From Acytostelium subglobosum (Eukaryota): 56,545 bases of DNA. Position numbers and translations under genes: made by a program. The notes under the pieces are model-generated. The model was not told where the DNA came from. It saw nothing but the letters and a program-made list of their open reading frames with translations, and made no database searches. Below are positions 45,501 to 56,545 of the stretch, piece after piece; positions within the stretch are counted from its first letter, which is position 1, and each line of letters starts with the position of its first letter. The stretch covers positions 342,535-399,079 of the forward strand of contig NW_012236516.1 in assembly GCF_000787575.1 (NCBI RefSeq). Direction: 5' to 3'.

Positions 45501-48500
45501 CCGAGAATGTGGGTCGAGGTCGACGGCACAGGTCATCACGCATCAATGTTGGCATTCTATCCCAAGTTGGACATTGACGCGGACCGCGACACCCCCACCA
45601 ACCTCACCTTCCTCGTTGATCTCTCGGCATCGATGCGTGGCGATCCCTTCCAGGACATGCTTCGTGCACTCCGTCTGGCAATCGCCAATCTCCGTGGACT
45701 AAATGTGCGCTTCAACATCGTGCAATTTGGTGACGTTTTCGACTGGCTGTTCGTGGACAACGTGGCACCAACCGAGGAGAACCTTCAACTGGCATGGAGC
45801 CACATCAATTCGCTCAACGCCAGCTATGGAGGCACTCAGCTGCAGCAGCCCCTCCAATCACTGCTGCTTCTGTCCGAACAGTGCAAGCCAAGCAACCCCA
45901 ACAACATCTTGTTGTTCACCGATGGCAACGTGTCGAATGAACGCATGATCCAGCAGTTGGTCAAGCGCGCGTCCGCACACTGTCGTGTCTTCTGTTTTGG
46001 AATTGGAGAGAACGTCAGTCGCCACTTTGTCAAGTCGATCGCGCGTCTCGGCGCCGGCTTTGCCGAGTTTGTCACACCAAACAAGCGACCCAACCCCAAG
46101 AAGGTGATCGCCCAGCTGCAGAGGACTGTGGCGCCAGCCATGTCCAACGTGCGCGTGGTCTTTGACTCGACCGACAAGATCGTCCAGTCACCCAACACCA
46201 TCACATCGATCTTCAAGAGCGAGCGCCAGGTCGTTTATGCATTCAGCGGCCTGTGTACACGTGCCACACTTTCTGCACAGGCTCCTGGTGGAGGCCTCAT
46301 CAGCAACACGGTGCACACTCCCGAGATCGGTTTCCTTCGCGGCAACCTCATTCACAGATTGGCCGCGCGCTCAATGATCCGCGAGTACAACGACGGCACA
46401 TATGCCGAGTCCAAGTTGCAGCACGACTTGATCAAGCTCAAGAAGAAGGAGGACGTCATCAAGCTCTCGATCCAATATAGCATCGTCACTCAGTTCACAT
46501 CATTCGTGGCAATCGAGAAGCGTGAGAAGAACGAGGTCGTACGAAAGGATATCCCGCCCCTACAGGAGATCGTCGACCAGTTCGTGGTGGACGCGCTGCC
46601 CTACATCCCCTACGAAGATCGCTCGAGTGGCGACGGCGTCGATGCCGGCGACTCCACCCTAGTGTCGAAGCGTGAGCAACTCTTGCGCACCATGGAGTCG
46701 TACAAGTCTGGCGGCAACCACGCCGACTCTGTGCGCGTGCTCCATCAGATCGCCGACACTTATGGCGATTATAACCGCGATGAATTGAGACTGTTGTCCG
46801 AGACGGTCAGCTCGCTGACCACAAAGAACCAGGACGTGGCCTTTGGCCAAGGCTCTTCGACACCATCCAAGACCATGACACCCCTGGCCCTATCAAGAGC
46901 CAAGCGCGAGAAACAAAAGGCCATGGATGAGATCAAATACAACTCACTCTCACTTCTGCGTCTGGTCGAGGCAAGCTTGCCCAAGTGCGCAACCGAGGAA
47001 CAAAAGGTGGCTATTCTAGACGAGCAGGCCAAGATCTACGCGACACTCGCTCGTTGCGAGTCCAACGACACTGCTAAGCAACATCTCCTCAGCCAGACCA
47101 AGGGCGCGCTCAAGGATGCCTTGGCAAGAGCCGAGAAGAGTCTTCCTCCCAACAGCCCAGTACGCTTGAAGCTTGCCTACAACGCAGCCCAGGCCTACAG
47201 AGACATGGGCGAGCACGACCTCGCGTCCAACCTGGCCAAGAACGCGTTTGACAATGCAATCTCAGAGTTGGACTGTCTCTCCGAGGACTCCTACACTGAG
47301 ACCACTCTCTGGATGCAGTTGATCAGGGACGACCTGACCTTGGCCTCTGAGCAAATGGATCTCCAGCAACAGTACAAGACACCCACCAAGGGCAAGGTCA
47401 CCGAGGTACACGCAGTCGATGACAAACCAGCCCAAGTGGTGGTCAATCGCTGGGCTGGACTAGGTGGTGTCTCGGTTGACAAGTTGATTGTGTCACCTGT
47501 TGCCAAGCCCCAGGAGAAGATCCTGGATGGTAGAAACTGGGCCGATATCTCCGACAGCAGCTCGGACGAGGATGATGGACATGATGCCACAGAGGTGTAT
47601 CTCGGTCGCCAAGAAAGCGACTCTGATAAGAGATCACGCGATAGAGACAGGGAGAGGAGCAGAGGCTACAGCGAGCGAGGTGGAGACAGAGACAGAGTGT
47701 CCACAGGTAGCCAAGGCCTCAAGAACATGGGAGGCAGAGGCGGAGGCGGAGGCAGAGGAGGTGCCGCTGCAAGTGGATTTGGCAGAGGAGGAAACAGATC
47801 AGTGTCCAACTCTGGCGAGAACGATAGGAGTGTCTTGCCTCAACAGGTGCGATACATGGATACCCGCGATGAAGATATGAAGAAGGTCGTCAGCGAAAAG
47901 AGCGCCGTACCACTAATGTCAGGAATGCGATACATGTCAAAGCGCGCTGATGAGATGGAGAGAGCCCCAGCCAAGATGCAAGAGATGGAGAAGCAGATGA
48001 ACGTACTAAAGTTAGAGAAGGAGCTTGAGTCGGCCAGGAAGTCACTTATGCCACTTAGGGCTCAGCAAGAGGTTGCCATGCCTCTTCCAGAGCCAATTGT
48101 CATGGCAAAGAGCCTGAACAGACTATCGTGGTCCTCCTCAGTCAGCACCTCATCTGAGGAGAGTATTGTCACACCCTATGAGGTCCAATCTTTGGACGAC
48201 TCCATCCGATCATCCCGAGGCGAAAAGGCCGATATGAAGGAGAAGAAGTCAGTTCGTGGCAAGAAGATGGCCAAGGACACTCAAGATAGTTGGGGCTCCG
48301 GTGACTCGGATATGTCGTTCTTCTCGAGTCCCCAATCACCACCTCCACCATCATCAGGAAGCTATGCACCGCCACCACCCCCACCCAGCGCCCCAGTCGC
48401 CCCTCCAAAGCCATCCTCCGCCCCAACACTCGCAGGCAAGATGGCTCCGCCACCACCATGGACTACGACCCAGACCGCTGCGCCACCCATGCCAGGAGCA

Positions 48501-50306
48501 CCTCGCCGCTCCGCGGCTGGACCACCACCCCCGGTTGCATTTGGTCAATCATCGAGCTTTGGTGCTCCACAACCACAGGCAGCCGCAGCACCGATGGCTT
48601 CGTTTGGCGCTCTCAAGAAGGTAGCGTCGCCACCAACCAATGCATTTGGATTTGATGGCACTAGTGGTGCAGGTGCCTCTCCCACCAACAGCTTGTTCTC
48701 TTCATTCTTTGGCGGTGCCCCTACGACGACCCCAACAATCGCTCCTACCACCGTATCCACGTCCACCTCAGCATCATTGTTTGGAAGCACCTCCTCTGGA
48801 AAATCATTCTCATTTGGAGGAATGCCACAACAACAGCAACAGCAGCAACAGCAACAGCAGACGTTTGGCTCCGCGGTGTTCAATGCTCCTCCACCACCTC
48901 CTCCTGCAGCCCACCAGGCACTCGAGAAGTTTGAGCGAGAGGCCACACCATTGTCCTCGTCATCTTCAAGCATGTCTTCCCTATTCAGCTTTGCAAAGGA
49001 GGGTTTGGCCAAGGTGTCCAACTCACTCCTGAGTAAGGGAGGCAAGGCTGCTGAAGCCCCCCTCAGCAAGACAAGCTCCAACAACAACAACAACAACAAC
49101 AACAACATTGTTGACAATGGATCAACCTTGAATGACAGCCTGGGTGAGCTGAAGGAGTACAGTAGAAGGAGGATGGCTAGGCCCGCTACTGTCACCCCTG
49201 TTGCCAAACCAGCACCACCTCCACCCAAGGAGGAACCCAAGCAAGACCTTCTCCAATCTTTACTCAGTCGCAGATCAGTAGTATATGAGGAAGATGAGGA
49301 AGAGGGTGAGGACTGGGGCGACAATGACGATGAGGACTGGGACGCACCAGCACAGAGTTACGACGACGGTATCGCCAACGAGATGGCCAGGTTCAAGAAG
49401 GAAATCAGCACCCAGAATGATGAATTGAATATGCTGTTGTGTGACCTTACACCTGCAGCTGCTGCGGCAGCCCCCATGGAGAGGGCACCATTAAAACTGG
49501 TAACCAGGAGCATCGAGCGAAGCGAAGAGGACATGGGATTCGATCTCTTTGGCGGCGATTATGACGCCCCCGCGCCAGTCATGGCCGCTGCAGCTCCCAA
49601 GCAACTGGCACCGGCCAAGGATTACTCTGCAAAGAAATCGTCATTTTCAGCCAAGATGGAAGAGAAGGAGGAATCTGATGGCGATGACATGGGATTCGGT
49701 TTATTTGACAGTGACGAGCGCATCATGACCGAGAGCGTGAAGGCCAAGCCAATGCCAGCCCCAAAGCCATCTCCCAAGCGACCAACATCATCATTGGTTC
49801 GCGGTGAGCTCATGCAAGAACTGAGAGCTCCAGAGGCCTCAGCAGGCGAGTCCGTTCGTTCTGCCTTTGCCTACAAGTGGTCAATTGATCAGAAGCCACC
49901 AGCAGACTCATCGGACGGAAAGAAGAAGAGCAAGCGCAAGTCCGTGAGCATGTCCAAAGAGTTGGCACCCGAGGCAAGCTACCCAGCAAAGCCAATCGTG
50001 GATGGCATCAGAAGCATACTTGGCGCGAGAAAGAGTTTCAATGCTGATGATGTTGCAGTGTTGGCATTGCTTGGTGTTCAAAGCGACTCGCACGTGGTCA
50101 ACTGCAAGAGCTTCATGAAGACAACATTGATTCTGGAGTTGGTACTCCTGTTCCTACGTCTGCTTCTACAGCCAGCCACAGACTCTGGTGAGTTGCTCAT
50201 TCTCTTGGAGAAATACAACTCGATCCGCCCCTCGATGAACAAGGCCAACCCTGCCTACCAATGTCTGCTCAGAGGATCAGCGAGCCATCTTATCAAGAAG
50301 CTCTAA
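42584..50306 (+). CDS. Vault poly(ADP-ribose) polymerase (PARP4/vPARP-like). Domain order is BRCT, PARP regulatory plus catalytic (H-Y-E), VIT, vWA, then a long low-complexity tail. 3 exons: 42584..42709, 42790..44345, 44414..50306.
   Basis: Exon 1 and the start of exon 2 form a BRCT-like domain (ILCFVDGTGASFKDKKVIQDLIIANGGKSTTLLNQK|VSYYICCANDL). The catalytic part reads TLYHGSRPSNILGIMSRGLL..YLGSGIYFGTKAATS|SFQYCDGQATSTSRFMLVCQVALG..PKGFNSVQGVAK..FTDDEMVVFDPKQQVLQYLVEF, the PARP signature with His-Gly-Ser, a Tyr and the catalytic Glu. VIT reads GGVAIPLQSVHVRAKLLDLVGEVVLYQHYKN..EAKYVFPLDEMGAVCGFEAYINGKHIIGEVKEKEQAHREYK. vWA reads LTFLVDLSASMRGDPFQDMLRALRLAI..FNIVQFGDVF. Introns are 80 and 68 nt with GTATGC/GTATGT donors. 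Confidence 0.85.
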
Positions 50307-50497
50307 AGAGATATTAAATATTGTTTGTTTATATATAATCATACGTTTACTATACTTTGTAGTCACTTTGGTATGTACCATCATCTGGCAATGTACTTTG
50401 GTACTTTGTTTGGTACTCTGGCAATGTACATCAATCAATCAACCTATCAAAATAATTAAATTATATTAAATAATATATATTAAATAATGATTCATTA

Positions 50498-51591
50498 CTA
50501 TGTTTCGTCGTTGGTTGTTGTTGGATTGATTGTGACAAGAGTAAAGTCCTCTGGCAATGTTTTGATTGTGACATAGTCCAATGCAGTTGGCAGTAAATTG
50601 ATGTTGAATGAATCCATTCTGAATCTGGTCCTCTGTGATTGAACAGTCTCTTTGGTCACTGGAGACACCGACTCGAATGTATGATACTGTCTCTTGAGGA
50701 ACACTCCATACTTGTACCAATCGGGCTCATCATCATAGTTGATGCCCTTTGTCAAAAGCATCTCCTTCATCTGACCCGAACCCTTGCCCTGAGTCATCTT
50801 GTGAGGAAAGTGAGCCTGCGCCAGTCCAGACACAGAGTTCCTCTTGCAATCGAATACGCTTCTCCAAATCAAGTTGTTCTAAAAGCATTGATAAATGATG
50901 TGAATGTCAATATGATTGATTGAATGATTGAGTTGATTGAGTGACTTACAAGAATCTCTTGATTGCTTGGCAACACAAAGATCCTGGCATCAAAGTGTGG
51001 AAGACTGGTGGTGACATGTTGGATGAGCTCAGCATCAGTGGCTGTATCATAGTGTTGTGCGGCCAGCGACTTGTAGAAAGAGGTGGACGCGGCACCAGCA
51101 GAGAGAGTGATCAACTTTTGAACTTTGCCGCTGAATGGCACGAGTGTCTTGCCCTGGGTGACCTTGATGCGCTCTTGATACTCCTCGTCAGAGAGTGCTG
51201 GGAAACACATTGTGATCTCATCACTGAATGAATAGATCAGTGATGGGTTGAACTCCTTCATGAGCACATTGGCAGCCTCGACCATTGCATTGTGCACACG
51301 GATGTCCCAGGGCTTAACAAACTTGCGTGTGAACTTGCTGAATCCATGGCCATCGAGTCTAATGACGAATGGCACATTGCCCTCAATGTGCAAAGTGTTC
51401 ATCGATGTCTCATACATCTTCATCCTGTCGCCCAAGTTCTCGCAACTTGACTTGTTCAGAGGTGTTGTTGTGTTTGTTGTCATTGTAGCTGTTGTTGCTG
51501 TAGCTGTAGCTGTAGCTGTATCTGTATCTGTTGTTGTTGCTGTATTGGTATCACTCATATTTGATATTAATATGTTTGATTGTTTATACAA
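50498..51591 (-). CDS. THG1: tRNA-His guanylyltransferase (Thg1 family), 2 exons: 51591 (or 51557)..50950, 50888..50498
   Basis: VPFVIRLDGHGFSKFTRKFVKPWDIRVHNAMVEAANVLMKEFNPSLIYSFSDEITMCF matches Thg1 VRIDGRNFHKF..KPND.RAL.LMN.CA..V..EF.DIVFAYGVSDEYSFVL. Later, LPHFDARIFVLPSNQEIL|NNLIWRSVFDCKR..KGINYDDEPDWYKYGVFLKRQ matches Thg1 LPSFDGRAV.YP..Q.IKDYLSWRQVDCHINNLYN..FGINYNNEPEMYRKGS. The intron is 61 nt with a GTAAGT donor and a TTTTAG acceptor. The choice of start Met (51591 or 51557) is uncertain. Confidence 0.8.
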
Positions 51592-52027
51592 ATAATAATT
51601 AGTTTAATGATCATATTGGTACTAATAACTTTGATATTTATGTTTGACGATCGGTCGTCTCTTTGGTATTGAGTTCGCGATCTAAACAGTTTGTTTCTCA
51701 CAAAGAACACGAAAGTGTTTGAGAAAACTATCCGATTTATCTGAGATTGAACTAAAAAAGTTGATCAGCTTATTGATCAATCATCCATTATTTTCAAAGT
51801 ATTGCGATGGATAACGTTTGATTGATTAGGAAATGTGTTAAATTCAATTTGAAGTTCATAAACTTGGAGCTGATCAGGGAAACTAAGCAATTTTCTTCAT
51901 TTGATTGCCCTCATGAAGAGACACACTCAATCAATCCACTGCTGACTCTAGAGTCTTGCAAATGATTCCGAATCATAGTGTAAGATCATAATACTACTAC
52001 TAACATATAAATATATATAAATTAAAG

Positions 52028-52863
52028 ATGATGAATGTAATAATACTTTTAATTTCTTTGGTAGCTATACAATCATTGATTGTTAATGCCCAATTGGTAC
52101 ACAATTGTCAATACAATGATACCAAAGGAAATAGTTATGATTTCTCCCATATTAGTTTGTATGTTAACATACTTCAAAGTGTACAAAGACATTTCCTAAC
52201 ACTCACTGACTTCCAAACATTCAACCATCATAGGGGTCAATTCGATTCATACATTGTTCCAAATACTAAATACACCGTAAGTTGATTCATTCATTCTTTT
52301 GTTTCAAACTAATAATAACATCCATCTCAAACTAAAACATTAGTATTATGTCAATCCATGTGGAGTTTCTGCAGTTTGCACTGGTTTTTTCTCAAAGACC
52401 ACTCCTCCCCAAGCTGTATGTCAAGAGGACAATCTATCAACAGACTTGGATTTCACTCTAGGTGATTTAAATACTGGATATTGGAAGGCTTTAGGTAAGT
52501 ATTAATATTCTTATTTAATTTAATTGATTAATTTCAAAGTTCAATTATTAATATTAATATTAATAATGTTTCCAAGATGATACTACTCAACAAGGTGCTT
52601 CAGTAGTTTATACAAGTTCATCATCCAATACTATTTATTGTCCATATTCATATAGAACTACAACTATCAACTTTTATTGTTATGATAGTGAAACTACTTT
52701 GTACAGTGGAGGTGAGACATCCAACAAATGTAACTACCAGTTCTCTTTCAGAAGTCGTGATGCTTGTCCCATCAAAAAGTCAAACAATTCATCAGCCAAC
52801 TCCATGGTTGCTACACTTGGAATGACCATTGCCCTTATCATTATCGGCATAGCACTCATTTAA
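52028..52863 (+). CDS. Small secreted, membrane-anchored protein with a mannose-6-phosphate receptor homology (MRH)-like Cys-rich domain, 3 exons: 52028..52276, 52344..52494, 52577..52863
   Basis: A signal peptide (MMNVIILLISLVAIQSLIVNA) is followed by NCQYNDTKGNSYDFSHI.. and ..NPCGVSAVCTGFFSK..QAVCQEDN.. and ..YCPYSYRTTTINFYCYDSETTLYSGGETSNKCNYQFSFRSRDACP, which is the MRH consensus ending y.F.f.T..aC. A C-terminal hydrophobic segment, MVATLGMTIALIIIGIALI, is a TM or GPI signal. Introns are 67 and 82 nt with GTAAGT donors. Confidence 0.55.
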
Positions 52864-52949
52864 ATGAGTGATTGAGGGAGGCTGGAATGATCCCACCCCA
52901 CGCTCCCCACCAACATGTCAGAAGAATAAAGTCAGCTCATTAGTTTGTG

Positions 52950-53645
52950 TCAACAAGGATATACTCTAGTGCCATCATCATCGAATATCTCTAGAGTGGC
53001 AAGAGTGTTGTTCCATTGATTGTCATTTTGTGATTGATCGTGATGATGTTCGAGCATTTTGATGTAGTCCTCGCGATGAAGTGTCCATACAATGACATCA
53101 TGTTCGGATGGATGTGCTGATGGTTGAAAGCCCAGTCGTTTGGGTATCCTCTGACTGAGTTGATTGTTACGCTCACTGTGTATCTCCAGTGTCTTCAAAC
53201 GCAGGTGATCAAAGCCAACACAGACCAATGCACGTACGGCCTCAGTACACAAGCCTCGATTGAGATGATCAACATGCATCCAGTATCCAATCTCCATTGC
53301 TTCATTCTTTGGTTCGATTCTTGGGTGTAGACCTGTTGATCCAACAAACACTTCTTGATGTTGCTGTTGCCCATCAGTGAGTTGAGGCGGTCGAAGGAAG
53401 ATGCCATAAGGGTAGTCAAGTCCAGAATGAAACTGTTCACTGAACATTGATATTAACATCTGTTTCATCTCCTCGTTGTCTAAATGTTGATCATCTTTGG
53501 CCCATGGCATCCAAGGCAGCAGATGATCTCTGCTCTCCTTTATCGCCAACATCAACTGACGTGCATCATCCTTTTGAGGATCATAACAACGCAAGATCAA
53601 TCTATCTGTAACTATTTTAAATGCTTTGTTATTATTATTATTCAT
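52950..53645 (-). CDS. GNAT-family N-acetyltransferase (RimJ/RimL-like, Acetyltransf_3), single exon
   Basis: FKIVTDRLILRCYDPQKDDARQLMLAI..RDHLLPWMPW.. and ..EIGYWMHVDHLNRGLCTEAVRALVCVGFDHLRLKTLEIHSERNNQLSQRIPKRLGFQ match the GNAT A/B motifs (..iGYwl.p.ywgkGyatEA..al..faF..L.l.ri.a...p.N.aS.rvleKlGF). Confidence 0.7.
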   Translation of the reverse strand: MNNNNNKAFKIVTDRLILRCYDPQKDDARQLMLAIKESRDHLLPWMPWAKDDQHLDNEEMKQMLISMFSEQFHSGLDYPYGIFLRPPQLTDGQQQHQEVFVGSTGLHPRIEPKNEAMEIGYWMHVDHLNRGLCTEAVRALVCVGFDHLRLKTLEIHSERNNQLSQRIPKRLGFQPSAHPSEHDVIVWTLHREDYIKMLEHHHDQSQNDNQWNNTLATLEIFDDDGTRVYPC

Positions 53646-53870
53646 TGTGTGTATTTGTATATATATATTAATATCTGTTGGTCACGTGACTTGTGATTTG
53701 GCTCACACACACCTCCAATCACATCTTCTCATACCCCATTTCATTCAATCACTTTCGTTTGCAACATAAATAAATATCTTTCCCAAAATGATGAATCTAA
53801 TCTTGAGAAAGATTAATGACTCATTATCATTACAACATTGTTATTTTAATGTTATGGATAGATAATATCA

Positions 53871-56408
53871 ATGGATATAGAGTTCTTCAAAATAGTAAGT
53901 ATCATTGGACTATCCCACCCTACTCACCAATCAATCAAACAATCACTAATATCATTCCCCGATCAACCAAAGCACGCTGGTGAGGTTGTTGAACGAAAGG
54001 TGTATGCTAGTAAACATACTCAGGATGGTCCTTTGACAGGTCATTTCTTTATAACCAACTTCCGTCTGGCATTCATTGCCAACACTGATGAGGATAGACA
54101 ATTGGATGAGAATGTAGACCTACCTTTGGCAAGAATATCAAAGTTGGACAAGTCAACATTATCATCAATCACTACAACAAAGAGGAATAAGAACAGACAT
54201 TGTCTATTTGTACAAGTAAGATATATAGGATATTGGTTGAGATTCTACTTCACATCTGATCAACTACTCGAAGAGATTATGTCCAAATGTCGATGTTCAG
54301 TCTGGCCACAGTTGTCCAATGAGTCGGCTTTCGCGTTTGCCAACAAAGATACATACCCCAACACCAACATCAACAAGTCAGGATGGAGACTATACGATGT
54401 GATCCAAGAGTATAGGAGACAAGGAATCAACAATCAACCCAACACCAAATGGTCGATCACATATGCCAATGCAGACTATAGGTTGTGTGATTCTTATCCC
54501 AAGATATTGGTTATTCCAACTGGTAGTCAACCATTATTGTCCAAGGCGGCCGCATCTAGAACCAATAGAAGACTGCCAGTACTGTCATGGCGACATCCAA
54601 CCAAGGGTTCAGTGTTGGTCCGCTCGGCCAAGCTCACCAGCACATCCAACAAGACATGTCGAATGGTAGATGAGAAGTTAATGGATATGATAGTAATGGC
54701 CTCGGGCAACACAAGCACATCGATCACTTTGATTGACGCTCGTCCAAACGAGAACGCAGGAGGTGTGGAGGCCCCTGGTATGACCAATCACTTGGGACAA
54801 CTTCGCACAAGTTACAAGAAGTTGTATGAATGTCTATTGTTGAATGGGTCATCATCATACAATGGAATGAACAACAACATCATAGACATCAGTAGCGATC
54901 CATGGAGCAGTGGACATAATGATGGAAGTAGTGACTTCCACTTTTACTCGAGACTGGAGGACTCTAGATGGTTGGATCATCTCAGCATGTTGATTCAAAG
55001 TGCTGTCAATGTGGCCAAGATGCTGGATTATGGATCCTCGGTGATGGTATATTGTGCGGACGGATCCGATCAAACTTGTCAACTATGCTCACTGGCCATG
55101 CTATTGATTGATCCATACTATCGTACATTGGAAGGATTTGCCATACTGATAGAGAAGGAATGGCTATCATTTGGTCATCAGTTCTGGAAACGTACACATG
55201 GTTCCAACAATGATGAACGTGCACCTTTGTTCCCTCACTTCATTGATTGTGTATGGCAGATTATCAATCAATATCCAAGTCGATTCGAATTCAATCAACG
55301 TCTATTGGTCGATCTCCTGGACGCACTTCATAGCAATCAGTTTGGAACATTCCTGTATGATTCGGAGAAGGAGCGATTGAACAAAGCTGCCAACTCAACT
55401 CCATCATTCTGGTCACATGTTGAGCAACATCGATCAACATATAGTAATCCATTGTATAGTCTATTGGACAATGAAGGTGGCGATGCTCCACTCTCACCCA
55501 AGGGTGACCTCAAGTTCTTGAGGTTGTTCGAGGCATATCATATGCGATGGACTTGGACAACAGACCATAATGATGGTGATAGTGAGATGTTAATCACAAA
55601 CTTTGTAAGAGAAAAAGATGATCAGATTACAAGATTGGAGCAAGAGAGGGACTTGATGACTGAGGAAAGGTCAAAGTCATGTCAAAGAGTGGCCAACACA
55701 ATAGCAGCACAACAAAGTGACCAGGACACGATTGAGATGCTTCGACAACAACTGGACATTGTAACGCAATCATGTAACAATCAGAAGAAGGAGATGAACA
55801 AACTCATACACGAGTGTGAAGACCTATCGCGAACCTTGGAGATCAACAATATATCAACGACTGAGCAAGTCAGGACCATTGGTATCGATTGTTTGGAACA
55901 AACAGTCAGGGACATGGAATTGGAGAATATTCAACTTGCTCACGACAATGATGTTGTTGAGATCTCGATTGATCAGTTAAAGATGAGAATGTTAGAAGTC
56001 GATCAATCATTGGACGACAATGTGAACAGACTAGCAAGCAACAAGGAGAGACTAAGGCATAGTGAGAGAAAGGCCAATGAATCACAACAGAGTCTGGATC
56101 AAAACTTAAAGTTGGAGAAAACAATCAGAGAGCAGACAGAGTACTATCGCAATCAGGTTAGAGGTGACTGTCACCAAGATAATCTGGAAGGAGATGTAGT
56201 GGCGCCAGTGTCCAGTACAATCAATAACTTATTGGACTTCATCATTGACAAGGTGAACAGCAAGTTGAGACCAAACATCAACAACATTGATATTGTAGGG
56301 CGATCAACATCTTCAGACACACCAATCTTTAAATCAAGAGGGTTCGCATTTGGAGTCAGAGACAATGTTCAAGTGTCATCTGGAACAACAACATCATCGT
56401 CAAAATCC

Positions 56409-56439
<31 letters not shown>

Positions 56440-56545
56440 AGTTGGATGAGACAACAACACCAACATCAACTACACATCATGATGAGAAGGAGAGTGTATT
56501 GGTATCAATAACCAATATATATTTACAATGTAGTGGATGTGCGGC
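53871..56545 (+). CDS. Myotubularin-related protein (PH-GRAM, myotubularin phosphatase domain and a C-terminal coiled coil). It is 3'-truncated by the window end. Exon 1 is 53871..53894 and exon 2 runs from 53973 onward.
   Basis: Exon 1 reads MDIEFFKI and ends at a GTAAGT donor. Exon 2 begins HAGEVVERKVYASKHTQDGPLTGHFFITNFRLAFIAN.. (a GRAM domain) and continues ..VLSWRHPTKGSVLVRSAKL.. and ..SVMVYCADGSDQTCQLCSLAMLLIDPYYRTLEGFAILIEKEWLSFGHQFWKRTHG..APLFPHFIDCVWQIINQYPSRFEFNQRLLVDLLDALHSNQFGTFLYDSEKER. This matches MTM1 [77 protein letters not shown]. The reading frame is open to the end of the window. It is missing from the ORF track because there is no stop codon in the window. Confidence 0.8.

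Noticed and set aside
44479-49324. Overlapping ORFs within the vPARP exon 3, for example 48545..49324 on the minus strand (259 aa)
   Set aside because: They are antisense to or off-frame from the 1949-aa PARP/VIT/vWA ORF. The minus ORF translates a G/A/P-rich shadow of the FG region.
51600-52027. An imperfect inverted repeat (gtttctcacaaag...tgtttgagaaaac) in the Thg1/MRH divergent promoter
   Set aside because: The arms are not truly complementary on checking (tttgtgagaaac would be required). This is probably coincidental.

Overview
This is a eukaryotic nuclear window. It is gene-dense, has spliceosomal introns, and shows the hallmarks of a dictyostelid-like amoebozoan. I see FNIP repeats, poly-Q/N tracts encoded by CAA/AAC runs, short GT..AG introns of about 55-140 nt rich in (TGAT)/(TGAA) motifs, hybrid histidine kinases, and a CP224/XMAP215 homologue. 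I see no prokaryotic operons, CRISPR arrays, rRNA or convincing tRNA genes.

I reconstructed about 20 protein-coding genes by reading the six-frame track together with splice signals. In order they are: an FNIP-repeat protein (partial), RNA polymerase III largest subunit (RPC1), a secreted Pro/Thr-rich protein, a plant-type LRR surface protein, a hybrid histidine kinase, a small acidic Cys-rich protein, a CRAL_TRIO_2/BCH-like protein, a dual-specificity phosphatase with a poly-Q tract, a cPLA2-like phospholipase interrupted by a polytopic membrane domain, Rad52/Rad59-like, an exosome RNase-PH subunit, a Rab32-family GTPase, a very large CLU-domain gene that appears to continue into F-box-type LRRs, a UBC (E2) domain and a CCCH zinc finger, the ch-TOG/XMAP215/CP224 microtubule polymerase, a vault-PARP (PARP4-like) protein with BRCT, PARP, VIT and vWA domains, tRNA-His guanylyltransferase (Thg1), an MRH-domain membrane protein, a GNAT acetyltransferase, and a myotubularin-related phosphatase (partial).

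The most interesting observations are these. The vPARP tail carries FG-like repeats and an internal copy of the ribosomal P-stalk C-terminal motif (..EEKEESDGDDMGFGLFD). The CLU-LRR-UBC-CCCH architecture is unusual. The cPLA2-like catalytic halves are separated by a multi-pass membrane domain. The myotubularin P-loop reads CX5Q instead of CX5R. There are two cases where the reading frame is restored only by 35-38 nt GT..AG segments, which are either ultrashort introns or frameshifts.

All domain assignments are my own recognition of motifs in the translated ORFs. No database searches were run.
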